Sequence record: MK373786.1
Strand: one strand, 5' to 3'
DNA length: 64,000 nucleotides
From: Escherichia phage vB_EcoM_R5505
Part shown: piece by piece, positions 56,696 through 64,000 of the stretch
Layout: each line of letters opens with the position of its first letter
Numbering within the stretch: position 1 is the stretch's first letter
Program-made: the position numbers and the translations under genes
The notes under the pieces: generated by a model
The model's input: only the letters and a program-made list of their open reading frames with translations
Told to the model about the DNA's origin: nothing
The model's database searches: none

Positions 56696-58753
56696 CTACA
56701 TCTTGAACTTTTTAGACATTCCGTTGATGTTAACCAAAGAAGCCAAGATTTGAGAAACTTCGTTTTCCTCTTCTTTTGATTCTTCTACAAGGAATTGATT
56801 AAATCCAGCCATTGGACGAACTTCACCAGTTTCCATTAAATGGTCGCCATCATATACTGATTCTTCTAATTGTTCAGAAGGAGGAACGATTGTACCTTCG
56901 ATTAGATACTTGTTATAAGCAGTTTCTTTCATAAAGTACGTACTTACTTTATTAATCTTCAGTAAAATTCCACGCGGTAGAATAACTTCAGCTTCTGATG
57001 GAAATCCTGATAAATGACCTGGAACGATAACTTTGATTCGCTCAGCTCCTTTAATTACCATACCCACGCTAGTTTCAGCATCTTCAATGGCATATGTAGA
57101 ATGACTACCCATATGCATTAAATCTTCTGCATCAACGGAACCTTCTCCTTCGCCAGAAAATACTGCGCCGGAATCATCTAGAGCCATATAGTTTTTACCA
57201 TGCTCACCGAAGATATTTGGTTTAAGTGATGTCGATACGAAGTTCTTGAAATAGAACATTTTGTTTTCAATGTTATGACGCAAAGTTTTAAAGGTAACTT
57301 CTTGTCCACGGTAAAGTGTAGTTCCTGGAGGAAGAACTGATCCTTTGGCAAAGGCAGAATCCAACGTCTCGATGTGCTTAATAGCTCGTTCCATATATTC
57401 TTCACGGGTAGAATCTGGTTTACCCAAAAGGAACGAGTTCATTTCAACATATGAATCTGCACAATAATCTTCAATTACATCAGATTCAGCTTGGGTTAAT
57501 CCTTTTGGAGTTACTTCGGTGCTTGCGTATTCATATGCCTGGGCAGCAGATTCATTAATCAATTTATAAATGCCATTCATGACAAATTGAATAATAGCTG
57601 TCTTTTCATCTGGCGTAGCTTTAGAACCTTTAACTAAATCATTAATAATTTTCTTAATAACATCAAAGCTATTAGAAATATTAATGTCAGCAAGATCGCT
57701 TAAAATTTTATCAGTTTTATAATCAAAGAATTCTTTATTCTTTAAATATTCTTGAGAACCTTGATATGTTATATCGCTCTGCAACTTGATAGATGGATCA
57801 CGTAAACGTGCATGGGCTAATGCAATATGATTTCGGAAGTTTTCTAGTTCATAATCGTTAGATTTAAAACGAGAAGCACTTCTCATACCACCGATAGCTC
57901 CTTTGCTAAAGTTTGAACCAATCTGGATAACCCCGGAGTTCATCGGACCTTCTGCTTTATATACCGGAACTTTAGATTCAAACTCTTGATATTTCTTGGC
58001 AGCGAAGCTATCACCCTGAAGTGAAGCATCAACAGTAGAATATTGAGCTTGTGCTGCTAATCGACGACTAATTTTAGTTTTCTGAATAACAGCTTGATCA
58101 GTGCGCTTATCATTTTCTAAAGCAATAGAAGCAGCAACAGCGACAGCTTTAGGAACAGCATTACCTGTTTTAACGTCTACATAAACATCACCAACCTTTG
58201 ATTCAACTTTTGTGAATAACTCAGTTGAAATAGGAGGTACACCTGGAATGTCTTCTAAATTGGCATTTTTACGGTAAACCATAATATATGCATACTTTTT
58301 ATCATAGTCCCAGATTTCCTTTAAAAGAACATATCGACCTGCTCCTTTAGTACGTACTAAACGGTCAGCAATAACTTGCATTTGACGAGCTGCGCCATTT
58401 GTTTTACTCTTTAGTACACGGAATAAGCACGCGTCAATTTTGTACTGCTTCATTGTTTGAAGAGCAGTATCAAAAACAGCATTAATGACGCCAATTGGAT
58501 TTCCACCCAAGTTTCTAAGCTTAACCAGCGATAATTTCTCGTTGACACCTATCATTACGATATGCATCATTTTATCGCCTGGTTTAACGTTTTTATTTGT
58601 ATCACCACCAGAGGTGTATGTACAAAATCTAAATCCAGGAAGAACGCTTTCTTCACCGGCTTGAATAGCAAAAATTTGAGGTATTTTATGCTTAGGATTT
58701 AAGTTAACAACCGGCGCCGAAGCGCCGTCAAATAATTCTGTAATAAGTTCCAT
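56696..58753 (-). CDS. Alt-family ADP-ribosyltransferase paralog (occupies the T4 alt.-2/alt.-1 position)
   Basis: 685-aa ORF MELITELFDGASAPV...; R / STS / E-x-E motifs (LYRGQ, FVSTSL, SEAEVILPRG); N-terminal ~230 aa ~65% identical to downstream alt. Confidence 0.8.
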   Translation of the reverse strand: MELITELFDGASAPVVNLNPKHKIPQIFAIQAGEESVLPGFRFCTYTSGGDTNKNVKPGDKMMHIVMIGVNEKLSLVKLRNLGGNPIGVINAVFDTALQTMKQYKIDACLFRVLKSKTNGAARQMQVIADRLVRTKGAGRYVLLKEIWDYDKKYAYIMVYRKNANLEDIPGVPPISTELFTKVESKVGDVYVDVKTGNAVPKAVAVAASIALENDKRTDQAVIQKTKISRRLAAQAQYSTVDASLQGDSFAAKKYQEFESKVPVYKAEGPMNSGVIQIGSNFSKGAIGGMRSASRFKSNDYELENFRNHIALAHARLRDPSIKLQSDITYQGSQEYLKNKEFFDYKTDKILSDLADINISNSFDVIKKIINDLVKGSKATPDEKTAIIQFVMNGIYKLINESAAQAYEYASTEVTPKGLTQAESDVIEDYCADSYVEMNSFLLGKPDSTREEYMERAIKHIETLDSAFAKGSVLPPGTTLYRGQEVTFKTLRHNIENKMFYFKNFVSTSLKPNIFGEHGKNYMALDDSGAVFSGEGEGSVDAEDLMHMGSHSTYAIEDAETSVGMVIKGAERIKVIVPGHLSGFPSEAEVILPRGILLKINKVSTYFMKETAYNKYLIEGTIVPPSEQLEESVYDGDHLMETGEVRPMAGFNQFLVEESKEEENEVSQILASLVNINGMSKKFKM

Positions 58754-58756
58754 GAT

Positions 58757-60844
58757 TTATCCTTGAACGAACTTGTAAGGCATGTTTGTAATATCTATGC
58801 AAGACGCAATAATTCCAAGAGATGATTCTACTTTCTGTTTAACATTTGATGAAACAAATGATGCAAAGTCAACTCTATCTTCTATATCACCTGTCATTGC
58901 AACTACTTCGCCGGTTTCCATTAAACGGTCACCGTCATAAATTACCGATTCGGTGAGTTCTTCTGTGGTCATAACTTCAGCTTGAATGAGTTTTGTATTA
59001 TTAGACGTGGTTCCGTCATTATTAGAAGCATCAGTTATTTTATTAACTTTAACCATCAATCCGCGCGGTAGAATAACTTCAGCTTCTGTTGCTATTCCTA
59101 GACTTCCTGGATATACAACATTAACTTTATGTGCGCCGTCAATTGCCCATCCTATTTGAACTTTAACGTATTCAGGATTTTCTTTATACGCTCTTATTTC
59201 GTTTGGATTAATAGTTATTCCTTCTTCATTTTTATCAACTGTCAATTCATTACGAGCTTCTGGTTCTAAAAGACCAATACCAGCATGTGTAATTCCAAAA
59301 CGCCCAAAAATGATAGGAGTTAAAGAAGTAGATACAAAATTTCTGAAATAGAACACTTTATTTTTAACTAGCGCTTCGTATATAGGAGCAGTCATACTTT
59401 GAGCACGATAAACTGTAATGCCTTCCGGTATGCGGTCACCATTTTCAAAAGCTGAATCTAAATTATTTATAGCAGATTCAATTTCTTTTTCACTCATTAC
59501 ATCATATCGTTCTGGATTGTAACGACCTAAAAGAAGATTATTGATGTCAGTATATCCTGAACCACAATACTCTCTAATGCCGCGCTTTTGTGATGGAGTA
59601 TATTTAGAACCATCACGAGCAATAGTAATATCAATCATTGGACCTGCACCAATTCCGGAAAAGCTATAAATCATTCGTTTGAGGAATTTAGTTTTTGCTG
59701 CGTTCCAGGAATTTTTAGTTATTTCTTCCCAGACTTCATCTGGTTGCCCTTTACGAGTTTTATTATGTTTATCAAGCCAATTATCTTTATATTCTTCAAA
59801 GAATTTATTAATAGCTGCTGCGTATTTCTCTAAACATTTTATTGAAGTAGTTGGTTCATTTTTTATCGCGTTAAAAATTACATCTTTAATTTTTTCGGAA
59901 ACTTCATCAACCTCACTTTTTGAAAAGAATTTATAGTCATAGTGAAGTTCATTCGCAGTTCCTTCGGCAATAATTTTTGCTGCCTTAGTTTTAGAAGCTA
60001 ATGAATTAATTCCAAGCTTCATTTCTTCTGCTTCGGGAATTAAAGGAGCGGTAGCGGGTTTATTGAAATTAGCTGCGGTAGATTCATACTTCTGAAATAA
60101 TTCACTTTCAAATCTAGAAGATTCCAATGACTGACTTTGTGCAATTGCTCTACGGGAAATTTTAACTTTAACGATTACAGCTTGATCAGAACGTTTATCA
60201 TTTTCTTGCGCAATAGATGCTGCAATTGCCTCATTTTTAGTTACTTGAGCTCCAGTATCTTTATTGATATAAACATCACCGACCTTCGATTCAACTTTAG
60301 TAAAGAGCTCGGTACTAATTTCCGGAACCCCTGGAATGTCTTCTAGTGATACATTTTTGCGATGTATAAGAATATATGCATACTTTTTATCGTAATCCCA
60401 GAGTTCCTTAAGAAGGACGTATCTGCCACCTGAACGACTACGGATAAGTCTATCAGCAATAACCTGAATTTGTCGAGCTTGACCAGCGGTTTTAGACTTA
60501 AGAATACGAAGCATACAGGCATCAATTTTATACTGACGCATTGTTTGCATTGCAACAGTAAAAACTGAATTGATATAATTAATTGGGCTTGAACCAAGAC
60601 CTTTCAATTTAGCAATTGAACCTTTAGCAGTTAATGTAAAAGGAACAATATGCATCATTTTATCGCCCATCTTTAAATCGCGATTAGTATCACCTCCAGA
60701 TGTATAGGTACATAAACGAAAGCCTGGTTGTTCAATTGCATCATCAACATGAACTGAAAAAATTTGTGGTATTTTCTTCTTTGGGTTTAAGTTTGTAATC
60801 GGAAGAGTAGTATCTTCGTCAAATAATTCTGTAATGAGTTCCAT
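58757..60844 (-). CDS. alt: Alt ADP-ribosyltransferase (packaged, injected with DNA)
   Basis: ATG at 60844 (second of tandem ATGs) gives MELITELFDEDTTLPITNL...; R / STS / E-x-E motifs (VYRAQ, FVSTSL, TEAEVILPRG). Confidence 0.85.
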   Translation of the reverse strand: MELITELFDEDTTLPITNLNPKKKIPQIFSVHVDDAIEQPGFRLCTYTSGGDTNRDLKMGDKMMHIVPFTLTAKGSIAKLKGLGSSPINYINSVFTVAMQTMRQYKIDACMLRILKSKTAGQARQIQVIADRLIRSRSGGRYVLLKELWDYDKKYAYILIHRKNVSLEDIPGVPEISTELFTKVESKVGDVYINKDTGAQVTKNEAIAASIAQENDKRSDQAVIVKVKISRRAIAQSQSLESSRFESELFQKYESTAANFNKPATAPLIPEAEEMKLGINSLASKTKAAKIIAEGTANELHYDYKFFSKSEVDEVSEKIKDVIFNAIKNEPTTSIKCLEKYAAAINKFFEEYKDNWLDKHNKTRKGQPDEVWEEITKNSWNAAKTKFLKRMIYSFSGIGAGPMIDITIARDGSKYTPSQKRGIREYCGSGYTDINNLLLGRYNPERYDVMSEKEIESAINNLDSAFENGDRIPEGITVYRAQSMTAPIYEALVKNKVFYFRNFVSTSLTPIIFGRFGITHAGIGLLEPEARNELTVDKNEEGITINPNEIRAYKENPEYVKVQIGWAIDGAHKVNVVYPGSLGIATEAEVILPRGLMVKVNKITDASNNDGTTSNNTKLIQAEVMTTEELTESVIYDGDRLMETGEVVAMTGDIEDRVDFASFVSSNVKQKVESSLGIIASCIDITNMPYKFVQG

Positions 60845-60867
60845 CATATCCTCTCTAGTGTTTATTC

Positions 60868-60875
60868 TATTTATA
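60868..60875 (-). promoter_or_regulatory. late promoter (TATAAATA on minus strand) for alt
   Basis: rc of 60868-60875 is TATAAATA, 23 nt upstream of alt ATG. Confidence 0.55.
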
Positions 60876-60880
60876 AAATT

Positions 60881-60898
60881 AAAGGCCCGAAGGCCTTT
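60881..60898 (-). terminator. stem-loop AAAGGCC-CGAA-GGCCTTT after the 62-aa gene
   Basis: 7-bp stem overlapping the stop of ORF 60897-61085. Confidence 0.5.
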
Positions 60899-61085
60899 AA
60901 TAATCTATTGGTAAGAGAGTACGATATATTTCAAACTTTGGACCTTTTTCATAAGCATCAAAAGTTTCTGTGAATTTATTATAAGCATATGCATCTATAA
61001 ATTCAATCATGATTTGTGATACAGAAGTAGAAACATCTCCACCTTCTTTTTGAGCCACGACAATTGTTTCTAAGTAAGCTTTCAT
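60897..61085 (-). CDS. small hypothetical protein between alt and gene 30
   Basis: 62-aa ORF, ATG start overlapping gene 30 stop by 4 nt. Confidence 0.55.
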   Translation of the reverse strand: MKAYLETIVVAQKEGGDVSTSVSQIMIEFIDAYAYNKFTETFDAYEKGPKFEIYRTLLPIDY

Positions 61086-62545
61086 AAACCAGTTACCTCA
61101 TGAAAATCACCAAATACATCCTCGAATGTATTAGCTTTAGTTTTATCTTCACGCAAACGAATCGCAATTGGAAGAAATAATTTAACGTAATCAGTGCGGC
61201 CATCGGATTTTAACCAACCGTTGCATTCGCACTCTAGAATTTTTCCAATATAATAATTTTGGTTTTCCATAATGCGAGTACGGTCAAGTTCATGTGATTT
61301 TACGCCGGCTTTATCTTTTAAGCCTGAACCGGCATTTACCTTAATTTTTCCACACTCTGACTCAAGAATAAATCCACCTGCTTTAGTAGGGTCTTTACGG
61401 TGAGGATAAATTCCTACAATTTTTAAATCAACATCAATTACTTCTTTAAATTTATAGAGATTTTTTGAACGAGCATTTTCCCATAATCCATCGATATTTT
61501 TGAGAATAATACCTTCAAGACCTTGGTCAATATACTTTTTATAAATTACCTTAGCTTCATCTAGGTTATTTACTACTTGGTTTTCAATTAAAATTACTTT
61601 ATCATATCCTGATGTCATTTGTTCTAATTTAGAAAAACGTACATCATATTTTAAACGAAATGCTGGAAGACCGTATATTTCTACCAACGGAACATAATCC
61701 CAGACCTGAAACTTCATGCATTGAGCTTCTTTTTCTGAAATAGTTCCCTTTAAAGATTTATTAGCGATTCCATTAGAAGTAGTACGTGATTCAGCTACTT
61801 CAGCAAACTCTTTAGCTTTACTAATTTCAGGATAAGCATCAAAAAGAAAATCTAGGCCTTCTGGCTCCTTTTTAACTTGCTCATGGTATACCAATTCGCC
61901 ATCAATTAACACACCTTCTGGATGAATCTGGCGGGCTTCAGCGGTCATTTTGATTAACTCTTCCTTAAGAAGATCTAATCCTAGATATTCATTACCAGCT
62001 CGTGATAAAAGACGGACATCATCTAATTCATCACCTCTAACTTCAGCAAAACACCGAGCTCCATCTGCTTTTAATTGTGCAAAGGCTGGAAATTTGATAT
62101 TCTTACTAATGCCTTTTTCATCATAAGAACTTGCGAGCATTTGAGGTTGTTCAGGAATTAAACCTGGCCAAACTTTGTTTGCAATAGATACTGAAGCACC
62201 ACATTCAAGGTCTCGCATCATCACTCGACGCAAAACTTCAACATCATCTTTTTTACCATCGGTGATATATCCAGATAATTCCTCAATTGCCGCATTTCCG
62301 GTCAATTTCCGAGTAGCTAACGTGAATTCAATGAAGTCAAGCATATCGGTAAGAGTCAACATTCCAAAACTCTGGGTAGCAATACCAGATTTAGGCCATT
62401 TCTTGATATAATACTGCAACCCACGAGAATAAGTCAGACGATATACTCGTTTAAGCAATTCATTATCTTTATTCTTTTCAAGAATTGCTTGCTTCTGCTT
62501 AGTTGAACCAATAGATGCTATTTCGTTCAGAATTTTAAGAATCAT
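61082..62545 (-). CDS. 30: ATP-dependent DNA ligase gp30
   Basis: 487-aa ORF MILKILNEIASIGSTKQKQAILEKNKDNELLKRVYRLTY... with adenylation motif KADG; matches T4 DNA ligase. Confidence 0.95.
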   Translation of the reverse strand: MILKILNEIASIGSTKQKQAILEKNKDNELLKRVYRLTYSRGLQYYIKKWPKSGIATQSFGMLTLTDMLDFIEFTLATRKLTGNAAIEELSGYITDGKKDDVEVLRRVMMRDLECGASVSIANKVWPGLIPEQPQMLASSYDEKGISKNIKFPAFAQLKADGARCFAEVRGDELDDVRLLSRAGNEYLGLDLLKEELIKMTAEARQIHPEGVLIDGELVYHEQVKKEPEGLDFLFDAYPEISKAKEFAEVAESRTTSNGIANKSLKGTISEKEAQCMKFQVWDYVPLVEIYGLPAFRLKYDVRFSKLEQMTSGYDKVILIENQVVNNLDEAKVIYKKYIDQGLEGIILKNIDGLWENARSKNLYKFKEVIDVDLKIVGIYPHRKDPTKAGGFILESECGKIKVNAGSGLKDKAGVKSHELDRTRIMENQNYYIGKILECECNGWLKSDGRTDYVKLFLPIAIRLREDKTKANTFEDVFGDFHEVTGL

Positions 62546-62811
62546 TGTTCATCCTTTAGAGTTTGGTTTACAGCTCTATTATAAATCAATTCATCATTAA
62601 GCTCAGTCAAAGACCTATGGTACGTGGTTCTAACTTTATTTCCTTGCATCCAGTGCTTGACGTAAATGAAACCTTGCTCTACACATTTTTTAAAAATTCG
62701 TTCGTCTTTTTGAGCTCGGAATTCTGGATTGCATCTAAAAAATTGATTTACGTGACCGTAATCACGTGTAGTATTACCTTCATTTTCATAAATAGTGTGA
62801 ACAACAAACAT
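62542..62811 (-). CDS. 30.1: hypothetical protein, T4 30.1 position
   Basis: 89-aa ORF, ATG start; synteny only. Confidence 0.6.
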   Translation of the reverse strand: MFVVHTIYENEGNTTRDYGHVNQFFRCNPEFRAQKDERIFKKCVEQGFIYVKHWMQGNKVRTTYHRSLTELNDELIYNRAVNQTLKDEQ

Positions 62812-63647
62812 TAGAATGCTCCTTGGAAAATATTATCACCACTAGTAGGTCTATTATACAAATACTCTATGCCACCAGGTTTAATATAGTTCCATGTCTG
62901 AAACGGATGTGTCTGATATAGATGATATGGATTATAAGGATTAAATCCAGGAGTTCTCCAGGTAGTGTTCCAACGAAAAGAATCATTTTTAATCATCTTT
63001 TCAATTACATCTTTTATAGCTTTTTCACTATCAAAACTTTCTTTATTTTCCTTTGGTGAAAAAAGCTTATTCTCTACATCGTTCCATGTATAAACTCGCT
63101 GAGCGGTTTTTGGAATACTGTCACGTTCCCCTCGAGCCATCCAATACACAGGAACACGTAATATTTCACTCGCATGATCGCAGTGGTGAGCGAGATCGTC
63201 AATATAACAAATTACGTTATATTTCTCTTTTGCCTTTTTGAACAACTCTTCTTTTGAAGAATCATGACCACACATCATTACTTCTGAGAAGGCACCAGGA
63301 AAAAGAGCATTCAAATTAAATTGACGATTCAACAGAGCGTCAATAGAATCACCCAATGCTGTAACAGCTACAAAATTATAATCTTCTTTTAATTTGTTAA
63401 TTACACACAGGGCATCTTTATATGGAGACAAGTAACGAATAAAATCTGAACGATTGTATTTTTCAATTAGCTTAACGCCAAGCTCTTCATCGCAATTAAA
63501 TAGTTTACCTGGAGAGATAAATTTCTCATCTTGGATCATTTTTAAAATATGTTCCAACGGAAGATTATATTTCTGAGCAAAATAAGGAAGACCTGATTGC
63601 CAGCTTAAACATACTCCATCAATATCAGTTAAAATAGTAGGCTTCAT
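62811..63647 (-). CDS. 30.2: hypothetical protein, T4 30.2 position
   Basis: 278-aa ORF, ATG start; synteny only. Confidence 0.65.
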   Translation of the reverse strand: MKPTILTDIDGVCLSWQSGLPYFAQKYNLPLEHILKMIQDEKFISPGKLFNCDEELGVKLIEKYNRSDFIRYLSPYKDALCVINKLKEDYNFVAVTALGDSIDALLNRQFNLNALFPGAFSEVMMCGHDSSKEELFKKAKEKYNVICYIDDLAHHCDHASEILRVPVYWMARGERDSIPKTAQRVYTWNDVENKLFSPKENKESFDSEKAIKDVIEKMIKNDSFRWNTTWRTPGFNPYNPYHLYQTHPFQTWNYIKPGGIEYLYNRPTSGDNIFQGAF

Positions 63648-63973
63648 AGAGAGTCTCTTAATAGGTTTAACACATCAATAAATTCAGCTTCGGTTAGTAT
63701 TGTATCATCTTTTGTTAGACCACTAGCCATGCTGTGCTTCAAAACTTTTCCTTTCGAGGCTTGTAATGCATCACGAAAGCCCTTGTTTTGGATCGCTGCT
63801 TCAAAATATGCATTTGTGTATAATTCTTTCCACGCCGGGGAGTATCTTGAAAACGGAACTCCAATCCAGAAGAGGGTCCCACGGTCCTGAGCTCTAGCAT
63901 AAGACCTTCCAGCTTGTTGGGCGGCAAGCCCGGATAACCCAAATATACGACGTTGTTGTTCAACATTTTTCAC
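63644..63973 (-). CDS. 30.3: hypothetical protein, T4 30.3 position
   Basis: 109-aa ORF; annotated start codon is GTG, true start uncertain; lies near the window end. Confidence 0.5.
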   Translation of the reverse strand: MKNVEQQRRIFGLSGLAAQQAGRSYARAQDRGTLFWIGVPFSRYSPAWKELYTNAYFEAAIQNKGFRDALQASKGKVLKHSMASGLTKDDTILTEAEFIDVLNLLRDSL

Positions 63974-64000
63974 CTTACACCCTTGGAGGAATCCTTCAAG

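Overview
This 64-kb window is a segment of a T4-like (T-even) myovirus genome in the usual T4 map orientation, about 95% coding. It runs from the 5' part of endolysin gene e (minus strand, cut by the window edge) through nudE and the e.2-e.8 early cluster, an 11-gene tRNA cluster with flanking small genes, the ipI / 57B (acb1) / 57A / gene 1 block and genes 3, 2, 4 (minus strand). The plus-strand late block follows: 53, 5, 5.1, 5.4, 6, 7, 8, 9, 10, 11, 12, wac, 13-18, 19, 20, 67, 68, 21-24. After that come rnlB-24.2-24.3-hoc-inh (minus), uvsW, uvsY, baseplate hub genes 25, 26, 51, 27, 28, 29, 48, 54, two tandem alt-type ADP-ribosyltransferase genes, and DNA ligase 30 with 30.1-30.3. The sequence is not the T4 reference itself. 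The most unusual features are: (1) a perfect 55-bp tandem duplication that frameshifts essential baseplate gene 10; (2) a free-standing HNH-type endonuclease gene with a duplicated late promoter between genes 18 and 19; (3) a tRNA cluster carrying His, Asn and Tyr tRNAs beyond the eight I recall for T4; (4) two intact alt paralogs in tandem; (5) capsid-targeting-sequence proteins and an uncharacterised four-gene early operon in the variable region around the tRNAs and ipI; (6) a tandem family of small membrane proteins (e.2-e.4, with e.5) sharing a C-terminal tail motif. The variable tRNA-ipI region is the best candidate for undescribed biology, but no function can be assigned from sequence alone. 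No CRISPR array, rRNA or transposon was seen. All calls come from reading the sequence plus recalled knowledge of T4 biology; no database search or structure prediction was run, and hand-indexed coordinates of small elements may be off by 1-2 nt.
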